64,000 nt of DNA from Actinomycetota bacterium. GTDB taxonomy: Bacteria > Actinomycetota > AC-67. Location of the stretch: the NCBI GenBank assembly GCA_040905475.1, contig JBBDRM010000096.1, positions 4,318-68,317 of the forward strand, in the 5' to 3' direction. A program made the translations under genes and the position numbers. How positions within the stretch are numbered: position 1 is the first letter of the stretch; every line of letters starts with the position of its first letter. Of the stretch, positions 54,461-63,069 are shown piece after piece. The notes below the pieces were generated by a model. It was not told the origin of the DNA. It saw only the letters and a program-made list of their open reading frames with translations, and ran no database searches.

Positions 54461-54760
54461 TCACGGTGCCGACGCCGAGCCGCCGAAAAACCTCTTCGCG
54501 TTCTCCGCGTGCTTGTAGCCTTCCACCGACCACTCGCACGTGGGCGGATCCGTGCAGCGCGGGTCGCCTTCGCCGGTGGCGAAGTTGTAGTTGCACTCGG
54601 GGCAGAAGACCTTGAGGTCCTCCGGGAGGTACGGACAGTCGTACCAGTTGCACGAGCGCGTGCCCTCCCCGGTGAGGAAGTTGTAGCTGCATCCCGGGCA
54701 CTGGCGAAAGGCGAAGGTAGGCTCCGCTCGAGCTTCCCGCGTCCGCCTCAGCCAGCCCAT
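54461..54760 (-). CDS. Cys-rich protein with an internal duplication (CPxCxYNFxTGEGxxxC twice)
   Basis: QCPGCSYNFLTGEGTRSC ... FCPECNYNFATGEGDPRC, 10 Cys in 99 aa. Confidence 0.6.
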   Translation of the reverse strand: MGWLRRTREARAEPTFAFRQCPGCSYNFLTGEGTRSCNWYDCPYLPEDLKVFCPECNYNFATGEGDPRCTDPPTCEWSVEGYKHAENAKRFFGGSASAP

Positions 54761-54809
54761 GGTGCGCCTCCTCAGGTGCCCATCGTTTCGCCTGACCGCG
54801 TGCGCGACC

Positions 54810-54886
54810 AGGGCCGGTTGGCCCCCGTCGCGCTAGCCGGGTAGCCCCGTGCCGCCGTGCGGGAAATTGGCAGGTCCATCGGCCCT
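54810..54886. promoter_or_regulatory. two DevR/DosR-type box candidates: AGGGCCGGTTGGCCCC (54810-54825) and AGGTCCATCGGCCCT (54872-54886)
   Basis: In the divergent gap between 54760 (-) and 54921 (+). Confidence 0.45.
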
Positions 54887-54920
54887 TCGAAGCGCGCCGC
54901 GCCTGGCCGACGATAGGGGC

Positions 54921-55385
54921 ATGTTCATCCGGTATTACGTCGAGCTCCCGATGGCCTTCGCGGAGACCGAAAAGGCTCTTCTCCGGTCACCCGATGCCAT
55001 ACTCGGAGACCTGGCCCGTCGGGCCTACGCTCGGGGGGAGTCCCTCCTGACCGAGGTGGGATTCGACGTCGGGGGACGCCGGCTCGCCAAGCGAGTCGCC
55101 GTCGAGCTGCACGAGCCCGTCCGGTTCGACTCCAAGACCACGCTTCCGATGACCTGGCACGCCACTGGCCCGGATGGGCTCTTCCCGAGCCTCGAGGCCG
55201 ACCTCGAGATCGCCCCGCTCGGTCGCAGCTCCACCCAGCTCGCCATCAGCGCCCGGTATCCCCCTCCGCTGGGAGCGCTGGGGCGCGCGCTCGATCGTGG
55301 CGTGCTCCACCGGGTCGCGGAAGCCGCCGTCAAGGACTTCCTCGACCACGTGGGGCGCGCGCTGATCGACAGCGCGGCCGCGTGA
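54921..55385 (+). CDS. hypothetical protein
   Basis: 154 aa starting at MFIRYYVELPMAF. Good codon bias, no motif recognised. Confidence 0.5.
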   Translation: MFIRYYVELPMAFAETEKALLRSPDAILGDLARRAYARGESLLTEVGFDVGGRRLAKRVAVELHEPVRFDSKTTLPMTWHATGPDGLFPSLEADLEIAPLGRSSTQLAISARYPPPLGALGRALDRGVLHRVAEAAVKDFLDHVGRALIDSAAA

Positions 55386-55403
55386 CGGGAGCGCTCGCGC
55401 TGG

Positions 55404-55607
55404 TCATGCTCCAATCGCTGGAGCGCGGAGCCGCCGGATGCGAGGAACGATCGTCATCAGAGCAGCCGGCGCCGCGCCGCCCGCCAGCACGAGTATCCAC
55501 TCTCTCGCCTCGAGCTGCGCGGTGCCGAACACGCGCTGAAGCGGGCCTACGGTCACGACGGCGAGCTGGAGCGCGAGGCCGGCCGCGACGGCCAGCACGA
55601 GCCACAC
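55404..55607 (-). pseudogene. isolated C-terminal fragment (last TM helices) of a P-type cation ATPase
   Basis: WLVLAVAAGLALQLAVVTVGPLQRVFGTAQLEAREWILVLAGGAAPAALMTIVPRIRR matches only the Cation_ATPase_C end. There is no room for the rest of the gene. Confidence 0.45.
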
Positions 55608-55616
55608 GCCCGGCCC

Positions 55617-56599
55617 TTGGCGGGCCCGTTCGCCGCGGGGGCGTCGCGCGGCGAACTGAGCGCCTCAGCCCGGATCGAGCGGCGGGTACCGCTGCTTGCC
55701 GTCTTCATGGGCGCGCGCGGCGCGCCCGCGGCCCTCCGCACGGGCGGGATCCCGGCCTTCGTTTTCCCCGAGGACGCCGCCCGCGCCCTCGCTCGTGCGG
55801 CACGGCACGGGACCTGGCGGGAACGCCCCGAAGGTCGCATTCCCGAGTTCGCCGACGTTGGACGCGACGTCGTGGCCGCGCTCCTCTCGGAGATCCTCGA
55901 ACGGGGCCGCGATGGCTGCGGCCCGAGGAGGTGGGCCGGATCCTTGAGGCATATCGCATCCCTGTCGTTCCGTGGCGTGTCGTCCCGACGCCGACCGCCG
56001 CGGCGAGGGCGGCGCGGGGGATCGGGGGTTCCGTCGCGTTGAAGGCCGTCGCTCCGACGCTCCTTCACAAGAGCGACGCCGGGGGTGTTCGCCTTGGCCT
56101 GCACGATCCCCGCGCGGCGCAGGTCGCCGCCGCCGAGATCCGGGACCGCGTCCAGAGCGCGGGACACGCGGTGGAGGGTTTCCTCGTGCAGGCCATGGTT
56201 CCCACGGGGGTCGAGATGTTCGTCGGCGTCGTGCACGATGGGGTGTTCGGTCCGGTCGTCGCGTGCGGCGCCGGCGGCACGGCCGTGGAGCTGCTCCACG
56301 ACGTTCAGGTTCGCATCGCCCCGCTCGCCGACGCCGACGCCGACGCCGAAGAGATGATCCGCTCGCTCACGACCTTCCCGCTACTCGACGGGTACCGGGG
56401 AGCACCGAAGGCCGACGTCGCCGGGCTCGAGGATGTGCTGCTGCGCGTGAGCGCGCTCGTGGACGCACACCACGAGATCGCGGAGATGGACTTAAACCCG
56501 GTGATGGTCGGCCCGGACGGCGCCGTCGTCGTGGACGCGCGCATCCGCATCGAATCCCCGACGCGTCGGCTTCCTCTCGCCGCCAGGCTGCGCGGCTGA
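55617..56599 (+). pseudogene. C-terminal half of an ADP-forming acetyl-CoA synthetase / acetate-CoA ligase-family protein (ATP-grasp), 5'-truncated and frameshifted near 55912-55918
   Basis: VPLLAVFMGARGAPAALRTGGIPAFVFPEDAARAL in one frame. WLRPEEVGRILEAYRIPVV...ALKAVAPTLLHKSDAGGVRLGL...EMDLNPVMV in another. The CoA-binding N-terminal domains are absent. Confidence 0.6.
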
Positions 56600-56601
56600 G
56601 C

Positions 56602-58131
56602 CTACTCGGCGACCAGAGCGGCGAGCGCCTCCAGCGCGTCTGGCGGTGGTGGAGGTGCGTCGAGCGCGCGCAGCCCCTCCTCCAGCGCTTCCTCGGGTGG
56701 ACGCGTCGTGTCGATCGTGCGCGCATCGGGCCACGGGTCTGCTCGCATGAGCATCGCGCGGGCGGTTTCCGGGGTGGCGTCGGACGCGTCGCCGCCTTCT
56801 CGGTTGCGTGCTCGGAGCCGGTCCGCCGCGAGCGCGTGCGGCGCCGCGCAGCGGAGCTCGACGAGATCGGCGTACGCGCCGGCGGCGGCTGCGGCGGCTG
56901 CCTCACGCAGGTGGCGATCGGTCCACGACGCGTCCAGCACGACCGAGTCGCCCAGGGCGATCGCTCGCCGCGCCCGGGCGAGCATCTCCCGGTAGGTCCT
57001 CTCGGTCATCTCGCGCGTGTAGATCCCCGCGGCGTACTCGGCGGGCGCGCGCTCGGAGTGCGCGATTCCGGCGAGATCTTTGCGCACCTCGTCCGAGCGG
57101 ATGAGCGCCCAGCGGCGGGCGTCGGCGATCCCGAGCGCGAGCGTCGACTTCCCCGTGCCGGGGAGCCCGCCCACGAGCACGATGACGGGCCGGGCGCGGG
57201 TCAGCCTCTCGTGGGCGAGCCGGAGGAGTCGAGCGGCCTCGGCTCTCGCCGGTCGCTCGCCCTGTTCGGCGCGGATGCAGGCGACCTTCGAGCGCACCAG
57301 CGCGCGGTAAGCGATGTAGTGATCGGCGAGGCTCGACGGGAACGGGTCGCCGGAGAACTCCCGGTACCACGCCACCAGCCGGTCGGCGAGCTCCGGGCGT
57401 TCCAGGCGCTCGATGTCCATCGCGAGGAAGGCGATGTCGGCGACGACATCTGCGTAGCGGAACCGGTCGTTGAACTCGATGCAGTCGAGGATGCGAGGGC
57501 CGTCGTCGAGGCAGAAGATGTCGTCGGCGAGCAGATCGCCGTGCCCGTCGCGGACCCGTCCCTCGGACGCCCGGAGGCGGAAGAGCCGCCCTCGCGCGTC
57601 CAGATACCGATGCGCGAGCGCGCGCACGCGCTCGAATCCATCCGCCGGCAGCAGGGAACCCACATATGGCGCCATCTCGCTGAAGTTGTCGTCCCAGTTC
57701 TTCCGGACTGCGTCGGGGGTCCCGGCGCGCGTGATCTCCTCCGAGGTGACCGCGCGCTCGTGGAACGCGGTGATCGTGCGCGCGATGCTTCGCAGGCAAC
57801 CGTCGACGTCGGCTCGGCGGGAGATGAGCGTCGAGAGGCGTCGCGGCGCGGGCATCCGCCGCATGGCGACCAGATGGTCGCAGGGAGCGCCGTCGGGGCC
57901 GATCAGGTCGACCACGCCGAGGTAGACGTCGGGGGCGAGGCGCCGGTTGAGCTCGACCTCCCGCCGGCAGGCGGCTTCGCGCTGCTCGCGCGTCGAGAAG
58001 TCGAGGAACGCGAACCTGACTGGCCTCTTCAGCTTGTACGCGCGATCCCCAACGAAGAACAGGTGCGAGATGTGTGTCGTCACCACCGAGGCCTGCGGGC
58101 GGGCGGCGGATGCCGGCGCGATGCGCGTCAT
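56602..58131 (-). CDS. bifunctional aminoglycoside-phosphotransferase-like / AAA (P-loop kinase) protein, Rv2004c-like
   Basis: APH-like DGHGDLLADDIF, then Walker A GGLPGTGKST. Confidence 0.85.
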   Translation of the reverse strand: MTRIAPASAARPQASVVTTHISHLFFVGDRAYKLKRPVRFAFLDFSTREQREAACRREVELNRRLAPDVYLGVVDLIGPDGAPCDHLVAMRRMPAPRRLSTLISRRADVDGCLRSIARTITAFHERAVTSEEITRAGTPDAVRKNWDDNFSEMAPYVGSLLPADGFERVRALAHRYLDARGRLFRLRASEGRVRDGHGDLLADDIFCLDDGPRILDCIEFNDRFRYADVVADIAFLAMDIERLERPELADRLVAWYREFSGDPFPSSLADHYIAYRALVRSKVACIRAEQGERPARAEAARLLRLAHERLTRARPVIVLVGGLPGTGKSTLALGIADARRWALIRSDEVRKDLAGIAHSERAPAEYAAGIYTREMTERTYREMLARARRAIALGDSVVLDASWTDRHLREAAAAAAAGAYADLVELRCAAPHALAADRLRARNREGGDASDATPETARAMLMRADPWPDARTIDTTRPPEEALEEGLRALDAPPPPPDALEALAALVAE

Positions 58132-58577
58132 GAGGCCGCCTTCACGGACGGCGCAGACCGAGTTCCTCTTCCGCCCTTGCCCGTTCCGAGGAGCCTCTCC
58201 ACCGCAGATGTAACAGCTTGCGCACCGGAGTACTTCTCGATCGCCTCCATGGGGCCACGCCCGCCCACGTCATCGGGCGATCCCACGGATACGACGAGCA
58301 TCGGCCGCCGGCCGTAGACCGGATGCGCACGGTAGGCCTTCAGGAGGTGGATCCCCCGGTAGGTCCGGCCTCGTATCGGACCGAACAGCGGGCACGAGAA
58401 CACGATGAGTTCGGCGGCGTCGGCGAGCGGGCACGCCCCGTACTTGAGCATCGGGCACGCGGCGAACGGTGTCGGGCCGCCGCCGCACCGGATCACCCGG
58501 TGTCCCGCCTGCTCCAACAGACCCGCCTCGTACAGGCCGAGGTCGGGGACGTCTTCGACGAGCAGCACCGTCGCCAT
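58128..58577 (-). CDS. receiver-like protein with Cys triad (family member P4)
   Basis: MATVLLVEDVPDLGLYEAGLLEQAGHRVIRCGGGPTPFAACPMLKYGACPLADAAELIVFS. The stop is ATGA-coupled to the kinase gene. Confidence 0.65.
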   Translation of the reverse strand: MATVLLVEDVPDLGLYEAGLLEQAGHRVIRCGGGPTPFAACPMLKYGACPLADAAELIVFSCPLFGPIRGRTYRGIHLLKAYRAHPVYGRRPMLVVSVGSPDDVGGRGPMEAIEKYSGAQAVTSAVERLLGTGKGGRGTRSAPSVKAAS

Positions 58578-58622
58578 GTCGGCCACCCACGGAAAGACTC
58601 GCAGTCCCAGGCTCTCGGGGGC

Positions 58623-58661
58623 AGGGCCGAGCGTCCCCCCGGCGAGGGGGCGGCGGCCCCT
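58623..58661. promoter_or_regulatory. two DevR/DosR-type box candidates: AGGGCCGAGCGTCCCC (58623-58638) and AGGGGGCGGCGGCCCCT (58645-58661)
   Basis: 46-84 nt upstream of the P4 start (58577). Confidence 0.4.
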
Positions 58662-58690
58662 ATTTGATTCGCCCTGGAACGGCGAGCGTG

Positions 58691-58937
58691 ATGGTGAAGG
58701 CAAGCCCCCACGGGATCCCGACGGCCGGCTTCCGGGTCGACTGCGACTTCGAGATGAGCGATGACGCGCGGTCGCGCGTGACTGCCGCTCGCCTCCACCT
58801 CGTGCTGCCGGCATCGTTCCCCGCGGAGCGCCGCCAAGCGCTTCTGCGTGTCGCGGAGCAGTGCACCGTTGCACAACTCGATCCGCAACGCGCCGGAGGT
58901 GACCATCACCACCACCGGAGCCGAGCAAGCGGCCTGA
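58691..58937 (+). pseudogene. 5'-truncated, frameshifted OsmC-family fragment
   Basis: ...RLHLVLPASFPAERRQALLRVAEQCTV, then a second frame gives NSIRNAPEVTITTTGAEQAA-stop. The N-terminal half of the domain is missing. Confidence 0.45.
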
Positions 58938-58954
58938 GGAGGAAGGGAGCGGTC

Positions 58955-59693
58955 GTGAGACGTACCGTCAAGGACGTGATGACGCGCGACGTCGTCGTCG
59001 CGCGAGACTCCTGGGTCATTCAAGAACGTCGTGCGGCACCTGAGAGCTTCCGGGGTCAGCGCTCTCCCGGTAGTTGATCCTGAGGGACGCGCCCTCGGCA
59101 TCGTCTCGGAGGCAGACCTGTTGCTCAAGGAGAAATGGGCGGCGGTGGGGGAACATCACGGGGTGCTTGCGTGGGCGCGCGGGCGTCGCGAGCGCCGCAA
59201 GGCCGAGGCGCTGACCGTGCGCGAGCTCATGACGTCGCCGGTGATCACTGCCGGCCCGGACGACACGCTCGGCGCCGCCGCACGCCTGATGCACGAGCGC
59301 GGCGTGAAGCGCCTCCCGGTCGTCGATGCCGACGGGAAGGTAGTCGGGATCGTGAGCCGGCAGGACCTCGTGAAGATCTTCCTGCGGCCCGACGACGAGA
59401 TCCGGAACGACGTCGTGCGCGACGTGATCCACCGCTCCCTCTGGCTCGACCCTCGAGTCGTGCGCGTGGATGTCACTGATGGCGTCGTAACCCTGGAGGG
59501 AAGGCCCGAGAACAAGAGCCTCGTCGAGATCCTCATCGGACTCGTTCGAGGGATGGACGGCGTTGTCGGCATCGTTCCTCGCCTGTCATTCGAGATCGAC
59601 GACACTCGCGTACGGCCGGACGTGCCGCTGCCCTGGCGCGTCCTGCCGCCGAGCCTGCGGTACCCGTCGCCACGGCAACGGCGAGCGAGGTGA
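58955..59693 (+). pseudogene. CBS-pair plus BON domain protein, frameshifted near 59015-59020 (possibly a sequencing error)
   Basis: GAGGAGGAAGGGAG RBS, VRRTVKDVMTRDVVVARDS in one frame. FKNVVRHLRASGVSALPVV...BON in the next. Confidence 0.7.
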
Positions 59694-59699
59694 TCGGCG

Positions 59700-60241
59700 A
59701 TGTCCATGCACACCAAACCTCTCAGGGAGGAACACGAGGAGTTGCGGATCTGGGTCGACACGCTCAAGGAGACGGGGATCGGGTCGGGTACGTTTCTGTC
59801 GGGATCCTCCGTGACCTCATCGATGAGGCCTATGAGTTCCTCACGCATCATCTGATCCCCCACGCGGTCGCCGAGGACGAGGTGCTGTATCCGGCCGTCG
59901 CGCGCCTGATGGGCGCCTCCGAGGCGACGGCGACGATGAGCCGCGATCATGTGGAAGTGGAGAAGCTCACCCAGGAGCTGAGCGCCCTGCGCGCCCACCT
60001 GGCTGCGACGACGCCGGGAGACCTGCAAGCGAAGACGCTGCGCCGGAACCTGTACGCGCTGCACGCGCTGATCTCGCTGCACTTCGCCACGGAGGAGGAG
60101 GTCTACCTCCCGATCCTCGACGCGCGGCTCTCCGAGGGGGAGGCGGCCGGGGTCTTCGCGCGCATGGAGGAGGCCGAGCACGTGGCGCGCGGACGCGCCG
60201 CGGAACACGCGGTTCCCGGCAGCCGATCCCTGCGGGCGTAG
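59700..60241 (+). pseudogene. hemerythrin-like domain protein, frameshifted in a G run near 59770-59778 (possibly a sequencing error)
   Basis: MSMHTKPLREEHEELRIWVDTLKETG in one frame. DRVGYVSVGILRDLIDEAYEFLTHHLIPHAVAEDEVLYP...HFATEEEVYLP in the next. Confidence 0.7.
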
Positions 60242-60259
60242 CGCCGGCCTCGAGCGTCG

Positions 60260-60547
60260 TCAGTTGCTCCAGGTGCTCAGAGGACCCGCTTCGGCCGCGA
60301 AGCCCTCGTAGAGGGCCGCCGCGACGAGCGGGTCGAGGTTGGCGAGCTCGGGTCCCCGCCGGGGATGCCGCCCCGAGTCCTGGACGGTCGTGTAGCCCAG
60401 CTCCATCGCGTCGCCGATCAGGTAGGTGCCGCGGGCCGGCGCGAACGCCTCGCCCGCGTAGCCGACGCGGCCCCAGGCCGCTTTGGCGCCCAGAACGTCG
60501 CCGCCGGCAGCCAGCCGGTTCCCATCGGTGCCCCGTGAAGCACGCAT
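60260..60547 (-). CDS. hypothetical protein (possibly a gene fragment)
   Basis: 95-aa ORF with strong GC3 bias. No motif recognised. Confidence 0.3.
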   Translation of the reverse strand: MRASRGTDGNRLAAGGDVLGAKAAWGRVGYAGEAFAPARGTYLIGDAMELGYTTVQDSGRHPRRGPELANLDPLVAAALYEGFAAEAGPLSTWSN

Positions 60548-60581
60548 ACGGCGAGTAGACCGGCGCCGGCCTGCCGATCCA

Positions 60582-60644
60582 AGGGCCGATCGGACCGCCG
60601 CCGCTCGGGTCTGAGGCCTCCGCGGTCGGGGGTCCTTCGGCCCT
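60582..60644. promoter_or_regulatory. two DevR/DosR-type box candidates: AGGGCCGATCGGACCG (60582-60597) and GGGGTCCTTCGGCCCT (60629-60644)
   Basis: 70-130 nt upstream of the NarL-family regulator gene (60715), as expected for autoregulation. Confidence 0.5.
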
Positions 60645-60714
60645 CGCTCCCTACCAGGCTCCCACGTAGCGTGTCGCGTCAGGAGGCCGCCGTCAGCCGA
60701 GCGTCGGAGAGCGA

Positions 60715-61407
60715 ATGGGGCAAACAGGACCGCCGCGGGCCCGCCCGAAGCGGGCCTTCACGCGCGTCCTCCTGGTGGACGACCACGAGGTCGTCCGCGG
60801 CGGGATCAAGGGCCTGCTCGCGACCGAGGACGACATCCGCGTCGTCGGCGAGGCCGGCTCGGTGCGCGACGCGATCGATGAAGCCGAGCGCACGCGTCCG
60901 GACGTCATCGTGATGGACGTCCGGCTCACCGACGGGAGCGGCATCGAGGCGACGCGCGAGATCCGCTCTCGGCGACCCGATACGAAGGTGCTGATGCTCA
61001 CCTCTTTCGCCGACGACGAGGCGCTCTTCGCGTCGATCCTTGCCGGCGCCTCGGGCTATGTCCTGAAGCAGGTGCGGGGCGGAGACATCCTTCGCGGCAT
61101 CCGCGCGATCGCGCGTGGTGAGAGCCTGCTCGACCCGACCGTCACCGGCGCCGTCATGGAGCGCCTGCGCAAGGGGAAGCATCTGCTGAAGGACCCGAAG
61201 CTCGCGCGACTCTCGCCCCACGAGGAGCGGATCCTCGAGCTCGTCGCCGAGGGGAAGACGAACGGCGAGATCGGCCGGCGGCTCAAGCTCGCCGAGAAGA
61301 CGGTCAAGAACTACGTCTCGAACATCCTGATGAAGCTCGAGGTCTCCCGGAGAGCCGAGGCGGCCGCCTACATGGCGCGCCACACTTCCCTTCCCGGCTC
61401 TTCGTGA
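60715..61407 (+). CDS. NarL/LuxR-family response regulator (DevR/DosR-like)
   Basis: VLLVDDHEVVRGG, DVIVMDVRLTDGSG, HTH LSPHEERILELVAEGKTNGEIGRRLKLAEKTVKNYVSNILMKLEV. Confidence 0.9.
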   Translation: MGQTGPPRARPKRAFTRVLLVDDHEVVRGGIKGLLATEDDIRVVGEAGSVRDAIDEAERTRPDVIVMDVRLTDGSGIEATREIRSRRPDTKVLMLTSFADDEALFASILAGASGYVLKQVRGGDILRGIRAIARGESLLDPTVTGAVMERLRKGKHLLKDPKLARLSPHEERILELVAEGKTNGEIGRRLKLAEKTVKNYVSNILMKLEVSRRAEAAAYMARHTSLPGSS

Positions 61408-61475
61408 GATGCCTGCGCGGCCCGGTGGTCGCGCGCGTAGGAGGCTGAATCCGGCACTCGGACGAGGAGGGCGCA

Positions 61476-61988
61476 ATGAGCGTGACCGATCGCGAATTCT
61501 GGACCGTGATCCACGGCATGGTCCTGGGCACGCTTTTTCTGCTCGCGTTCGCGGGCGGGATCGCGGGGCTGTGGAGCCTGCGGCCGGCCCTGGTGACGCC
61601 GGCCGGGATCCGCGAGCGGATCCACCGGCTCAACATCGGCGTCTGGTCGATGGCGATCGTCGCGTGGGGGACGGTGATCACCGGCACCTACATCGTGTAC
61701 CCGTGGTACCGCGACGCGGCGGAGACCAGCGCGCGTTCACGGCTCCTGGCCAACCCGGAGACTGCCTTGTGGCACACCTTCGGGATGGAGTGGAAGGAGC
61801 ACGTCGCCTGGATCGCGCCGATCCTGGCCACGGCGGTCGCCTTCATCGTGACCTACTACGGCCGCCGTCTCGCCCGCGATGACCGGATGCGCAAGCTCGC
61901 GATGGCGCTGTTCACCGGAGCGTTCCTCGCAGCCGCGGTGGCGGGGCTGTTCGGAGCCTTCATCAACAAGGCGGCTCCGATCCAGTGA
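61476..61988 (+). CDS. integral membrane protein (4 TM)
   Basis: GAGGAGGG RBS. Hydrophobic segments. Confidence 0.6.
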   Translation: MSVTDREFWTVIHGMVLGTLFLLAFAGGIAGLWSLRPALVTPAGIRERIHRLNIGVWSMAIVAWGTVITGTYIVYPWYRDAAETSARSRLLANPETALWHTFGMEWKEHVAWIAPILATAVAFIVTYYGRRLARDDRMRKLAMALFTGAFLAAAVAGLFGAFINKAAPIQ

Positions 61989-62386
61989 GGGAGGATGACA
62001 TGGAGTCGACGACGCGCGATATCGAGGGAGGCGAGACATCGGCCATGGAACGTCCGGAAGTGGAATCGGCTCGCCCCAACGGTCCGGCGGTTGCTGCTCT
62101 GGTCGCGGCAGCGTTCGGCTCGTTCGTTCTGGGGCTGTTCACGACCCTCGCCGAAGTGTCGGAGCCGCTCAAGAACTGGCTGAACTGGAGCAACCCGGTA
62201 GGACCGCTCTCCGGCAAGACCGGTCTCGCCCTTGCGGCATGGGTGGGCGCGTGGCTGGCGCTCGGTGTTGCATGGCGGCGCAGCGAGGTCGACCTCCCGA
62301 AGGCGTTGATCGCCTCGGCGGCGCTGATCGGGCTCGGCGTGCTCGGGACGTTCCCGTCGTTCTTCGAGCAGTTCGCGGTCGGTTGA
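61985..62386 (+). CDS. integral membrane protein
   Basis: GTGA-coupled start. Three to four TM helices. Confidence 0.55.
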   Translation: MREDDMESTTRDIEGGETSAMERPEVESARPNGPAVAALVAAAFGSFVLGLFTTLAEVSEPLKNWLNWSNPVGPLSGKTGLALAAWVGAWLALGVAWRRSEVDLPKALIASAALIGLGVLGTFPSFFEQFAVG

Positions 62387-62398
62387 GGAGGGTTCGCC

Positions 62399-62530
62399 AT
62401 GTTGGGTGCGGAGCAAGTGATCTTCATCGAAGAGATCCCCACGTGGGTCTTCATCCCCTTCGCGGCGGCCGTCGCAGGCGTTCTCGCCTGGGTCGTGCAC
62501 TGGATCCTGCGGTCCCCGGCCGCGAAGTGA
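62399..62530 (+). CDS. 43-aa single-TM micro-protein (MLGAEQVIFIEEIPTWVFIPFAAAVAGVLAWVVHWILRSPAAK)
   Basis: Own translation. GAGGAGGG RBS upstream. Confidence 0.4.
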   Translation: MLGAEQVIFIEEIPTWVFIPFAAAVAGVLAWVVHWILRSPAAK

Positions 62531-62559
62531 GCGGCCAGGGCCGCGGGAGAGGAGACGAG

Positions 62560-63069
62560 ATGCGGACGAGCGGCTGGCGGCGGATCGCGACCGGCGTGTG
62601 GGCGTGGCCGCGCGATCCCCAGATCTACGGCCGGCTCGACGTCGACGCGATTCCGATCCTGGACGCGATCGACCGCGTGAGTGCGACGGCAGGCGTGAAG
62701 GTGTCAGCCACGGACTTCATCGTCCGCGCCGTCGCGCACGCGCTCGCCGAGAACCCCGACGTCAACACGCGCCTCAGGTTCGGACGCTTCGTCCCGCGCG
62801 GTGGGGTTGATGTGTTTGTCATCGTGTCGACCGGCGCCGGGCGGGATCTGTCGGGCGTGAAGGTCTCGCACGCCGACCGCAAGGATGTCGTTGCCGTGGC
62901 ACGCGAGGTCGATGAGGAAGCCGGTGGCGTCAGAGATGGCCGCCGCACCGACCTGGAGCGCGCGAAGCGGCTGCTCGAATCGCTCCCGCTTCCCCTCTCA
63001 TCGAGACGCCGAGGAAGGATGAGGGATGGTGCGCACCGCGGCGGAAGCGCGGGAGGAGCGGATCGATGA
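62560..63069 (+). pseudogene. N-terminal part of a catalytic-domain-only 2-oxoacid dehydrogenase acyltransferase-like protein, truncated near 63000
   Basis: MRTSGWRRIATGVWAWPRDPQIYGRLDVD...FIVRAVAHALAENPDVNTRL...VFVIVS..., then an Arg-rich tail. The expected C-terminal about 90 aa (DHR motif region) is absent in all frames. Confidence 0.55.

Noticed and set aside
55972-58317. 781-aa plus-strand ORF.
   Set aside because: Its first part is an out-of-frame overprint of the ACS fragment on the same strand. The rest is antisense to the Rv2004c-like kinase and P4 genes. Arg-rich throughout.
45474-63069. Idea that the E2 C-terminal fragment (45.5 kb, minus) and the E2-like N-terminal fragment (62.6 kb, plus) are halves of one gene split by a 17-kb inversion.
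   Set aside because: The two pieces appear to belong to different acyltransferase subfamilies (classical E2 end versus catalytic-domain-only type). The break points do not match in the domain.
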